From an uncultured virus (IMG/VR IMGVR_UViG_3300045391_007423) (lineage: Duplodnaviria > Heunggongvirae > Uroviricota > Caudoviricetes): a stretch of DNA of 64,000 nt. Under the pieces are notes generated by a model, which was not told where the DNA came from, ran no database searches, and saw nothing but the letters and a program-made list of their open reading frames with translations. Where the stretch lies: the IMG/VR virus record IMGVR_UViG_3300045391_007423. One strand, 5' to 3'. A program made the position numbers and the translations under genes. Below are positions 9,880 to 18,849 of the stretch, piece by piece; positions within the stretch are counted from its first letter, which is position 1; each line of letters starts with the position of its first letter.

Positions 9880-11166
9880 TTAGTAGCTATAGACCGGGGG
9901 AGTATTGACAGACGCAAGCGACTCAACCACCTCGTACGCCCAATCTCTGATGATGCCATAACCGAGCAAGCTGTACCAGCCCACGTAGCTCAAACGGCGA
10001 AGTTTATCAACTGGCAGACTCACACGGATCTCCGGGGGAACCACCAGGCCCTTACCCATGGCAGCCAGTCCACCCATCATACACATCGGATAGACATCGA
10101 TTGCGCTCGTGATGTAATCACTGGCACTATGATTGGTGATCATTGGCTGATTGAAGGTAATCGTCTTCGTCGTCGAATTGATCGTTTCGATGATCACCTC
10201 TTCAGCCGAGCCATCCTGCCCATCCGGGGCGATCCAGGTCGTTGCGGTCCCACCGATCGTAGCGGTTGTGGAGACACCCGTGTGGTGAATCGTGACTTCA
10301 TCACCAACATTAAAGCCAGTGACGTTGGCAACCACGACACTATTTGCGCCAGTCGCATAGTTAGAGCTGATTGTACTCTGGGCGGTGAGCGAACCACCAT
10401 TAGCAATACGCGCACGATCAGACTTAATAAAGCGCACACCATGGATCATGCCTTCTTCACCATTGAAGATCCGCGTAGCACCCGCGTACAACTGCGCGTC
10501 CTTCCAATAGGGATCAGCTCGCAAGTCATAGGTCACAGAGGGATGTGTGATACAGATGTAGGATGGCTGCTGTGTCCCCATGGTTGGCACACGTCGTACT
10601 GTCAGATTATAGGCCGAACGACGAGCGACCTCAGAGGTCATCAGGCTCACAGAGGGATTAAGCGCTGCGCGGTTAGCAACACCACCCACATAGGTATGGA
10701 AGGCTGGTCCTGACAGCGAGGAGTTCATTAGAGAACGGTTCGGGGCATACCAGAGCATATTGCGTGCCAGGGTATCCATCGTGAGCGCCTGCTGAGGGGC
10801 AAGCAACGTACGTACGATATTAGAGATTGGACCATGGTAGGAGAGTAAGTCCAGCAGTTCCGATGTACCAATTGCGGAACCGTATTCCTGCACTTTAAAG
10901 CTCACCTGATGGTCAGTAACACTCCCACCTTCCACATCCTGATTCTCCGAGAGTGGAGTAAGCGCTGGCGCAAGCTGGTGGTAGATCGTCCAGATAACCT
11001 GCTCGCCACGTTTGGCGGCAAAGTCATTACGCTCTTCAACGAAGGCTGGCTGATCATAGACCAGCGTTGGACGAGACGTAAATTCAAGTTCATTGGAATA
11101 AATCACACGCATCGCGTCAGGCAATGCGTTGGTAGTGATCAAGTCGGAGTAAATAGATCCGGCCAT
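9880..11166 (-). CDS. Major capsid protein, N4-gp56-like HK97 fold, with inserted beta domain
   Basis: YICITHPSVTYDLRADPYW...YAG..RIFNGEEGMIHGVRF and D.L.R...VGWY motifs; follows scaffold. Confidence 0.9.
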   Translation of the reverse strand: MAGSIYSDLITTNALPDAMRVIYSNELEFTSRPTLVYDQPAFVEERNDFAAKRGEQVIWTIYHQLAPALTPLSENQDVEGGSVTDHQVSFKVQEYGSAIGTSELLDLLSYHGPISNIVRTLLAPQQALTMDTLARNMLWYAPNRSLMNSSLSGPAFHTYVGGVANRAALNPSVSLMTSEVARRSAYNLTVRRVPTMGTQQPSYICITHPSVTYDLRADPYWKDAQLYAGATRIFNGEEGMIHGVRFIKSDRARIANGGSLTAQSTISSNYATGANSVVVANVTGFNVGDEVTIHHTGVSTTATIGGTATTWIAPDGQDGSAEEVIIETINSTTKTITFNQPMITNHSASDYITSAIDVYPMCMMGGLAAMGKGLVVPPEIRVSLPVDKLRRLSYVGWYSLLGYGIIRDWAYEVVESLASVNTPPVYSY

Positions 11167-11230
11167 AGAATGTGTACCTCATAGAGGGGAGGGGGACGAC
11201 ATACCTGCCAATCAGGAGGAGCTGATGAAC

Positions 11231-11270
11231 AGAAATGTTGCGAACCAGGAGGGTTATTCGCAACATTTCT
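11231..11270. repeat. 40-bp palindromic site, copy 1
   Basis: AGAAATGTTGCGA-N14-TCGCAACATTTCT. Confidence 0.9.
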
Positions 11271-11323
11271 CTCAGGCATGTCGCGGGGGAACAATAAGAA
11301 AAGAGGGAGAGAATAAATGAAAT

Positions 11324-12181
11324 CTACGAGGAGCGTCCAAGTTGTTTGTTAATAGTCGAGTTTGCCAGTAGAATGGCTTGCTGACGAGCCTGCTCAAAGG
11401 CATTGGGATCATTTGAGTTTTTTGCATCATCAAAGAGCTGCTGGATAGATGCAGGGGTATTGGGCGAGGTGCCAGCCGGACTCATCTGGGCCGGGCTGCT
11501 TCCAGGCATCGCGGCAAAGGGAAGATTACGACCAGCATAGAGACTCAAAAGATTGGGTTCAACTGGATTTTGTACCTGCTGCTGTTGGGACGGCAAGCCG
11601 GGTTGCGTTGGAGTTGTCGCGCTATAGGGCTGACCAGCCTGGGCACGAACTAGATCCTGTTGACGGATCTGTTCCAGTTGATCAAGGGCCGCTTTTACCT
11701 TCTCCGCATCACTGGAGGCGGGGATAAATTGCGCATAGGCGGCAAGATGAGGTCGCTCTAAAAGTGCATTGGCTCGGATAGCATTGCCTTGCAGTTCTGC
11801 CATCTGGATTTCCAGTTGCTTTTGTCGATCAATGGACTGCTGGGCTGCATTGGCCGCACTGGTAATGGACGACTGTGTTTGTTCTTTAAACGTCGAGTAC
11901 TCACCAAACAGATTGGTATAATCTGTGATCGCTTTATTCCGAGCGTTTTCGGCTTTATCTTTATCACTCATCAGGGCACGAATGCGCTGATCCTGATTGG
12001 CGATCATGGCTTCTTGCTGGACGATTTTTGTAATGGCATCAGCAAGGGAGAGACCCGCATTGGACGAAAAGGAAGGTTGAGACTGGGCTGGGCTGACCAC
12101 TTCGGCTGGCGGAGTGCCCGTCTGGGGGGCGACCACGCTAGCCTGGGAAGGCATATCTCCAGTGGACTCTGCTGTTAACAT
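11324..12181 (-). CDS. Capsid scaffolding protein
   Basis: Coiled-coil, Q/A/P-rich, directly upstream of the capsid gene. Confidence 0.75.
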   Translation of the reverse strand: MLTAESTGDMPSQASVVAPQTGTPPAEVVSPAQSQPSFSSNAGLSLADAITKIVQQEAMIANQDQRIRALMSDKDKAENARNKAITDYTNLFGEYSTFKEQTQSSITSAANAAQQSIDRQKQLEIQMAELQGNAIRANALLERPHLAAYAQFIPASSDAEKVKAALDQLEQIRQQDLVRAQAGQPYSATTPTQPGLPSQQQQVQNPVEPNLLSLYAGRNLPFAAMPGSSPAQMSPAGTSPNTPASIQQLFDDAKNSNDPNAFEQARQQAILLANSTINKQLGRSS

Positions 12182-12421
12182 AGGATGCTCCTCAAAAGAG
12201 AAAGGTGAAAGGTGGAGAGTGTGTCTCTCTTGATGTATCCCTCACGCTCATGAGAGAAGGAGGATGGGCATCAGGAGGAAACACAGAAGAAAGAAAGAGA
12301 TGAGAGACGAACGAGCAGGATCAGGAGATCTCCTGCTGTGATCTTGTCTTATCGTGGGAACACTGTACAACAGTCTCTCATTGCTCTTATGCTACCGGGT
12401 GGTATGAAAGTCATGCAACTT

Positions 12422-12673
12422 TTATTCGTTGCGAGCAATGGAGGCATTGGCAAACATCACTGACTCTTCTAGTCTCGTGAGCGCCAGAGACTGTTCGCGA
12501 GACTCCGGGGTATAGGAAACCAGGAAGTGGGCAAACTCTCGTGCCTTTGCACGAATAATATCATAGCGATCCTGCTGATCCCCTTTCGGTGGATGATACG
12601 TAAAATCGCGCTCAATACGATCATGAAGATCATGATTATTGTAGTAAGAATACCTTCCACGGACATTTGCCAT
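12422..12673 (-). CDS. Acb2/Tad1-hairpin-like protein (candidate immune-signal sponge)
   Basis: FTYHPPKGDQQDRY...SREQSLALTRLEESVMFANASIAR resembles the RE.SLA.TKLEE hairpin; strong RBS. Confidence 0.7.
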   Translation of the reverse strand: MANVRGRYSYYNNHDLHDRIERDFTYHPPKGDQQDRYDIIRAKAREFAHFLVSYTPESREQSLALTRLEESVMFANASIARNE

Positions 12674-12700
12674 GATTGTTTTCCTCTCCTTTCCGTGTTT

Positions 12701-12976
12701 TTAGGGCTGAATACGACGAGCACCTGGCGTCAGGTTTGGAATCATCCCTGATGGGAGAGCGTTGCCAACCTTATGACGAGGGGAATGTGTCATCGCTCGT
12801 GCTCGGAATGCAGGCACCTGATTGGCATGAGACTGCCCTTTTGTCATCGGATCTTCGGTATCAATGGTGTCATCAGATCCAAAGGGATCGTAGACCGGAT
12901 TTGATTCTCCAGCAGCATCATTTTCAAACCACAGAGGAGTATCACTGGACTGCTGCTGATTGATGGGATCGTTCAT
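12701..12976 (-). CDS. Hypothetical protein
   Basis: AGGAG RBS before ATG 12976. Confidence 0.55.
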   Translation of the reverse strand: MNDPINQQQSSDTPLWFENDAAGESNPVYDPFGSDDTIDTEDPMTKGQSHANQVPAFRARAMTHSPRHKVGNALPSGMIPNLTPGARRIQP

Positions 12977-12990
12977 ACTGTCTTGTCTCC

Positions 12991-13194
12991 TTATATATGT
13001 GAGCAGAAGGTCTTGCCACCCTTGGCACAGGCCGGGCACACCTTTGTGCCAACACCCGAGGAGACCTTACTCATCTTGGCTGCCGGGCGAGACATCTTTG
13101 GTCCCTGCTTGAGCGCCGGAGGAACGCTGCCACTGCCCTTCTTCTGACGTTGAGACGTGCTACTTTTTCCCTTTTGGGAAAGGTTGGAAGCCAT
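12991..13194 (-). CDS. Small basic protein with CPAC...CSH motif
   Basis: K/S-rich; AAGGA RBS. Confidence 0.5.
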   Translation of the reverse strand: MASNLSQKGKSSTSQRQKKGSGSVPPALKQGPKMSRPAAKMSKVSSGVGTKVCPACAKGGKTFCSHI

Positions 13195-13462
13195 TGGACG
13201 GTTTTCCTTTCGCTGGTTTTGCGGAACTGGCAGCCGCTGGCGGGAAGGGTTTCCCCTTCCCTTTGGCTGGTGGAAAAGGAGGAGTTGTGCCACCCTTCTT
13301 CTTGCCTTTAGCTGACGATGAGGAGGCTTTGCCCAGAACTTTACGGCGGTGAGCAGCAGACTCTCCCTTCTCACCATCATCATCGAGATCTTTATGTTCG
13401 ATCTCTTCCGCTTTCTCGATGGTTGGATTGTGTTTAGGGATAGGAGGCATCTTTTTTGCCAT
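13160..13462 (-). CDS. Lys/Pro-rich basic protein
   Basis: Low complexity, many Lys; RBS present. Confidence 0.55.
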   Translation of the reverse strand: MAKKMPPIPKHNPTIEKAEEIEHKDLDDDGEKGESAAHRRKVLGKASSSSAKGKKKGGTTPPFPPAKGKGKPFPPAAASSAKPAKGKPSNGFQPFPKGKK

Positions 13463-13510
13463 AGGGGAAACATCCTTCTTCCTCAGCAAGAAAACACTGA
13501 GGAATAAAAA

Positions 13511-14140
13511 TTAGTGGAACTGAGAGGGTGGAAGAGGTTGTGCATCAGGAGGATAACTGAGCACTGAGTCATCTCCATCACGAAAATCTCCGTAGTACGC
13601 TTGAACAAACTCAGACGATGAGAGCGGTGGTCTGACTGCCGCTTTGCTCATGACTATCGTTGGCGGCTCCCCGCCTTGCTCCTGACTCTGCCTTTTCTGT
13701 TCAGCCTCTTTCTCACGACGACGAAAACGCCGTTGTGAATCAGCTTTGACCATCTCATAGGTGAGTCGCATCTCCTGATGGACATCAGAGAGTTCAGCGA
13801 ACAGTTCACCTCGGACATCGCGCTCAAGCTCAAAGTGTTGAAGGCATTTCGCCAGGACATAGGACGACTGAGCGCTACTACGAGCATAGGAAAGCAGGAG
13901 TGCAGGCACCAGAAAGAGCGCCTCTAGTGCAAAGAGCACATTGGCAAGAATATTGAGTAGCGACGACCACGCAAAAACGATCATGCCAATATTTAAGAGT
14001 AGCCAGCCAATAAGCAAGAGGATCTGAGCTGCCAGCGTATAGCGATGCGTCAGAATATAGGTGGTCACATCACTCTGGCGGCCAGAAGAATGCTCATTGC
14101 CTGACTGGTGAGTGAGTGGTCCGGTAGAATGGAGATCCAT
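13511..14140 (-). CDS. Two-TM membrane protein, holin candidate
   Basis: Two hydrophobic helices then a charged tail; late cluster. Confidence 0.5.
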   Translation of the reverse strand: MDLHSTGPLTHQSGNEHSSGRQSDVTTYILTHRYTLAAQILLLIGWLLLNIGMIVFAWSSLLNILANVLFALEALFLVPALLLSYARSSAQSSYVLAKCLQHFELERDVRGELFAELSDVHQEMRLTYEMVKADSQRRFRRREKEAEQKRQSQEQGGEPPTIVMSKAAVRPPLSSSEFVQAYYGDFRDGDDSVLSYPPDAQPLPPSQFH

Positions 14141-14205
14141 AGAGTCCTTCTTTCTTCAGTGTTTTCTTTCAATGTTTCTCGTGATTAATCCAGCAAGGAG
14201 AAGTA

Positions 14206-14430
14206 CTATTTCTCCAGCGTTCGATAGCGATCAGGATTGGCCCCATACTGATCGTCAGCCCCACCCAGAACGGGCATATCATCTAGCAGCGCTTTCGATG
14301 CAACGTAGCGTTCAAAACCTTGAGGATAGCGGCTACTACAGCGCTGCCGAATATATTGCGTCGAAAGACTACAGGTTGGGAGCGAGATCGGTGAATTGGA
14401 ACGAATGTTATCTGGTTTCGAGCGAGCCAT
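14206..14430 (-). CDS. Hypothetical protein
   Basis: GGAGG RBS before ATG 14430. Confidence 0.4.
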   Translation of the reverse strand: MARSKPDNIRSNSPISLPTCSLSTQYIRQRCSSRYPQGFERYVASKALLDDMPVLGGADDQYGANPDRYRTLEK

Positions 14431-14785
14431 AGAGGCTAACCTCCCCATTACACACATCGGGTCGATGATGCAGGATCTGCGTCTGTGGGTTCCACTTGAG
14501 ACGCTGGGTTTCCTGCACAAAGATCTGCTGCTGTGCGCGATATAAGGTGACATCAAAATGATCATGACAGTGACCACACTGGCCCATAACAGAGAAGAAG
14601 GGAGACGCTTTCTTCTTGCGTGGGAGCGCAGGCGTCCGTGGATGTCTCTGCTGTGCCTGCTCACGCGCCTGTGGTGATTGTGGCCCGGCATAGTATTCCG
14701 GCGTCTGGGCCAGATTGCGATAATAGAGACGAGCAACAAAGGGTAATTCAGAAGAGCCCCGCGTTGGCGTTGGGCGTGTCGTCAT
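14408..14785 (-). CDS. Putative Zn-ribbon protein
   Basis: CGHC...HHRPDVC; follows portal. Confidence 0.5.
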   Translation of the reverse strand: MTTRPTPTRGSSELPFVARLYYRNLAQTPEYYAGPQSPQAREQAQQRHPRTPALPRKKKASPFFSVMGQCGHCHDHFDVTLYRAQQQIFVQETQRLKWNPQTQILHHRPDVCNGEVSLYGSLETR

Positions 14786-14806
14786 AAAACGGTATATCCT
14801 TTAGTA

Positions 14807-16507
14807 TTAGATAGAATTTGAGAGATTGACATTATCAACCGACTCCAGATCAGGGCTCTGGATCAGTGTACCGGGTTTGCCAGCAGACGCGCCAATTCCA
14901 CCCGGAAGATCAGCACTCCCACCCACACCAGTATCACTATTTTTGCCAGCCGTTCCACCCTCTGCTGGTGGCGTTGTCCCACCCATCTGAGCCTTCATCA
15001 TCATATCCTGCTGAATGCGTCGTACTTCAGTAAGGACATCATCCTCACCCAGCTTTTCCAGTGCTCGTTCCAGGCTCCGCAAGCCATTGGCATAGAGCGC
15101 GACTGCTTCATTGACTTCCTGTAACTCATCCTTTGGCAGGATCTCTGCAAAGACTGGCTCAATCTTGTACATGAGCACCCGGCGATAGTCGAGGCCCTGA
15201 CTCTCTAAGAGTGCCTGGTCCCGAACATAGAGCATATAGAAGATCATCTTTGCCAGATCCGTGAGTCCCTTGGCCCAACGAATCCTTTTCTCTCGAGAAC
15301 GCTCAACCACTGGCATCATCGTTAGCGCAATCGCGATACCAGAATTATGAGAGGAACCACCTCGATGCGTTCCAAAGGCTGATTCTGGCATCGAGGAGGT
15401 CTCATACATGGTGGTCTTGACTTCATGAACATATTCCATCGTCTCAGGGGCAGGTCCAGTTCCCTCCAGTCGATTCGCCTCACCATCTCGGCCCAGATCC
15501 CAGATCGCATCCGGCCCGACTGGGAGATCCATGGTATTGCCCGAAAAGTTCTTGAGCGTCACAATTGCATGGCTATGCATATTGACGGAATCACCCATAT
15601 CGGCAAGCCGTCGATTGATCTCATCCTGGAGCTGCATCATATTCTCGCCATCTGAGTAGCCAAAGTATTCAGCGCCAGCCTGCATGTTGGGGATATGAAT
15701 AAAGGGGATAATGCCAGGATAGATATTGCCCTGCTCATCACGTGGCATATACGGGTTTGGCTGATTGATGACATTACAGTCATCGACCCAGATCTGGGTC
15801 GAGGTGGTAGCCCAGCGTTTCCAGAGCACACCGATCCCTGGAAGATACTGTGGATTGACCGCCTGATAGCCTAGAAATTGATCATTGCCACTGGTACCAT
15901 ATTGCTCAAGGGCCAGGACACGATCAATCGGATAGGCAATGATGACCTCATTGAGCTTCTGCATATTGGAGATATCCCACATCGCATGGAAATATTCTGG
16001 CAGCACATTCTCAATCACAATGCGACGCTCAACCTCATCAAAGCGTACTTCTAGCATACTATCGCCATAAAGACAGCCATTCTTCGATGCTTGCCAGAAG
16101 GTAACATTCCCTGAATTCTCATCATAGATACGGTCCAGAAAGCGTTTAATCTTGCGCCCATAGGCTACGGCTTCATCAACCTCTGCTGGTGTCATTTCCT
16201 CTTTACCAATAGGTGTGACGCGCCAGGAGAAGAGTCGTTCCTTCCACTGACCCCAGAGATAGGAGGTGTGCTTATCGGTAATCTGCTTGAAGTAGTTGAC
16301 CAGGAGAGGCTGATCAACATTGTCAGGAGGCAGCTCCTGGTTGCTGTAGTAGTTATAGAGACGAATGTAACGCTGGGCTCGCACTTCACCCAGCCTGCGG
16401 CGCATGAGCGCTTCAAAGTGGAGGATACGCCCCAATGCCAGGGAACGCGAGATCCCATGTTGCTGTCCATCTGGCCCTGGGCGTGTGGTGACTTTTATCG
16501 TATTCAT
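14807..16507 (-). CDS. Portal protein (SPP1 gp6-like)
   Basis: NYFKQITDKHTSYL, LYGD, G.IPFIHIPN..GYSD, SG.AI motifs; follows TerL. Confidence 0.9.
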   Translation of the reverse strand: MNTIKVTTRPGPDGQQHGISRSLALGRILHFEALMRRRLGEVRAQRYIRLYNYYSNQELPPDNVDQPLLVNYFKQITDKHTSYLWGQWKERLFSWRVTPIGKEEMTPAEVDEAVAYGRKIKRFLDRIYDENSGNVTFWQASKNGCLYGDSMLEVRFDEVERRIVIENVLPEYFHAMWDISNMQKLNEVIIAYPIDRVLALEQYGTSGNDQFLGYQAVNPQYLPGIGVLWKRWATTSTQIWVDDCNVINQPNPYMPRDEQGNIYPGIIPFIHIPNMQAGAEYFGYSDGENMMQLQDEINRRLADMGDSVNMHSHAIVTLKNFSGNTMDLPVGPDAIWDLGRDGEANRLEGTGPAPETMEYVHEVKTTMYETSSMPESAFGTHRGGSSHNSGIAIALTMMPVVERSREKRIRWAKGLTDLAKMIFYMLYVRDQALLESQGLDYRRVLMYKIEPVFAEILPKDELQEVNEAVALYANGLRSLERALEKLGEDDVLTEVRRIQQDMMMKAQMGGTTPPAEGGTAGKNSDTGVGGSADLPGGIGASAGKPGTLIQSPDLESVDNVNLSNSI

Positions 16508-16563
16508 AGAGGGGAAACATCCTTTAGAGGAACGAGGAAAAACACTGAAGGAAAAGGAGGAAA

Positions 16564-18174
16564 TTAGCGGTGACGAGTGCCCCCAAGCTGTTGCTGTCGG
16601 GCCTGCCGTCGATGCACACGTGATTCGATATAGCGAGCGTTGAGACGGGCCTGGGGATGACGAATAGAGTAGTGAGGCATCGCATTGAGCTTCTGTTGCA
16701 GACTCTCTGACTGCGGAGACATACGTGTCATATCACGAGCGGCATAACACATCTGGCAGTAGGCCATCACAATATCCTGGGCAATATCCTTGTCATAGAT
16801 GGTGTAATTGCTCAACTGATCAACCGTCCTTTTGATGAACGGGAAGACGGTCAACCCACGTTCAATGCAGAGCTTACCCGCATGCAGCAGGTTCGGCTTC
16901 TTTTCACCAGAATAGACAATACCTTCCAGATCATCGATCGTCTGCTCTTTGAGCATAAACTCCTCTAACACATCACCCTTACCTGTTGAGTCAATGACGG
17001 TCTTACAGGTGGAACCTGCATAGTCAGAGGAATACTTGGCATGCCATTCTTCGATCTTGGCTTTGGCCTCAACATAGCCCATACCTTCCCTATATAAGAA
17101 GGCGACCTGTATCCAGGGTTCATGGGTAATGTCGTAGACTAAACCAACACAGGCATTGCGACCCTTCTGTGTCGATTTCTTCCCCAGATCCCAACTGGCA
17201 ACATAGCGATGTCCAGCCTGGGGATCACATTCGTAATGCAGAATATCTTCCGTAAGACCAGCATCAGTGCGAATAGATTTGGTATCATGGGTCTCATTCC
17301 ACTCATTGATGCGTTCGTAGAGCCATTTGACCTCGCGCCGTCCCTCTGAACAACAGGCCATAATCGCATGATAGGGGAAAAATGCGTCAGAATTGTCCAG
17401 AAATTCTCCGAAGAGTTCCTGTCGAATCATGGCTTCGGTGTAATCAGCCATAACATCATTGATGGCTTCCTGGTCCAGAAGAGGATTATCCCAGATGGTA
17501 GCCCTGAGACTCAGATATTTGTCTGGTCGCGCCCCACGATAGGCCGGATCACCCTTCTTCCAGCGTTCCGCCAGCCAACCCTGACCCTTTGGAGAAGAGA
17601 TCATCCATAGAATGCCCATGCGGTGTTGATGGGTAATCGGATTAATACCCAACAGACGCCCTCGTAGTGTCTTGATAGCCGTCTCACGCGTCACATAGGC
17701 TGCTTCATCCACTGAGATAAGATCGAACTCGAAGCCACGAATCAACTCGGCATCATAGCCAATAGAGCGAAACCACAACTCAGAGCCATTGACCAGTCGG
17801 ATCAGCGGATAGGGAGAGGATTGGACATGCTCAATCCAGTGGGAGAAGCGGGGCGCATTACAGAGTTGCAGACAGGCTTGATAAACGATCTTGGCTTGCT
17901 CACTGGAGATGGAGGTATTGAGGAAACGCGAGCCTGGATTGAACTGCATCATATGCATAGCACCACGAGCGGCAAAGTGAGACTTGCCCGTACGAATACC
18001 GGCAATCAGCAGTTTGTCTTTTTGTGGGGCATGGTAGAAGTAGCGCTGGAAGGGAAAGAGGGTTTCATCGAAGTAGCCCTGAGCCCAGAGATCGATATCG
18101 TAGCGAGCATAGGTCAGGATCTCTTTATCCAGAGCGGTAAGGGTAAACTGACTCGCTTTTTCAAATTTTTTCAT
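16564..18174 (-). CDS. terL: Terminase large subunit
   Basis: Walker A AGIRTGKS, Walker B ISVDEAA, coupling motif SSPKG, nuclease WDLG...D.VMA. Confidence 0.95.
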   Translation of the reverse strand: MKKFEKASQFTLTALDKEILTYARYDIDLWAQGYFDETLFPFQRYFYHAPQKDKLLIAGIRTGKSHFAARGAMHMMQFNPGSRFLNTSISSEQAKIVYQACLQLCNAPRFSHWIEHVQSSPYPLIRLVNGSELWFRSIGYDAELIRGFEFDLISVDEAAYVTRETAIKTLRGRLLGINPITHQHRMGILWMISSPKGQGWLAERWKKGDPAYRGARPDKYLSLRATIWDNPLLDQEAINDVMADYTEAMIRQELFGEFLDNSDAFFPYHAIMACCSEGRREVKWLYERINEWNETHDTKSIRTDAGLTEDILHYECDPQAGHRYVASWDLGKKSTQKGRNACVGLVYDITHEPWIQVAFLYREGMGYVEAKAKIEEWHAKYSSDYAGSTCKTVIDSTGKGDVLEEFMLKEQTIDDLEGIVYSGEKKPNLLHAGKLCIERGLTVFPFIKRTVDQLSNYTIYDKDIAQDIVMAYCQMCYAARDMTRMSPQSESLQQKLNAMPHYSIRHPQARLNARYIESRVHRRQARQQQLGGTRHR

Positions 18175-18266
18175 AGATGCATGGAGGGAAGAGGAGATAG
18201 GGGAGAAACATGATAGGAGGAAAGAAAGGGGAAAGGAGATCACTGACGATCTCCTTTCCTCCAGGG

Positions 18267-18818
18267 TTAGACACTTTCGCCATCCTGTCCATAGCGTACT
18301 TCAGGGACAGGCATTTCACGCAACGTCATGAGGAGTGCACGCATCGTTACCATCACTTCAGTAATCTGCCGTTCATCTAAGAGCACACAGGGACAGGGAA
18401 GATTGGGATGTGTCTGATGCTCTTTTTTTGAGAGGATAAGTGCAACTGCTCGATACGATGGCGCAATGGAGAAGGAAATTGCCCCCATTGGATCAATAGG
18501 TGTCCTGACCTGCGCCTGGATAAGAGGGGAGAGATCTGGTGTATCCTGACTCCTGGGAAGAGAGAACTTTGCTGTTGAAGACTCCTGTGGATTGATTATA
18601 GGAAGTGGACCAGTTGAAGGTATGGATCGATACTCATCCAAATCAATATTGAGCCTGGCTTCCAGCTCCTCTTCTTCTGTTGACCGTCTGAGCCATTGTG
18701 CTTGAAAGACTCCTGGGTAAAGAGAATACTTCTCCTGATCTTTCTTCTCAGTGTTTTCTTCTGACTCAGATGGCTGCTCGTCTTCCGGGTCATCATCATA
18801 GAGTGATATCTCACACAT
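18267..18818 (-). CDS. Hypothetical protein with acidic N-terminus
   Basis: RBS before ATG 18818. Confidence 0.55.
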   Translation of the reverse strand: MCEISLYDDDPEDEQPSESEENTEKKDQEKYSLYPGVFQAQWLRRSTEEEELEARLNIDLDEYRSIPSTGPLPIINPQESSTAKFSLPRSQDTPDLSPLIQAQVRTPIDPMGAISFSIAPSYRAVALILSKKEHQTHPNLPCPCVLLDERQITEVMVTMRALLMTLREMPVPEVRYGQDGESV

Positions 18819-18849
18819 CGATGCGTTTTCCTTTCCTTTTCTTTTAAGA

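Noticed and set aside
11231..11270. dif or loxP-type site for the 40-bp palindrome
   Set aside because: Spacer is 14 bp rather than 6-8 bp, arms do not match XerC/D consensus, and no recombinase is in the window
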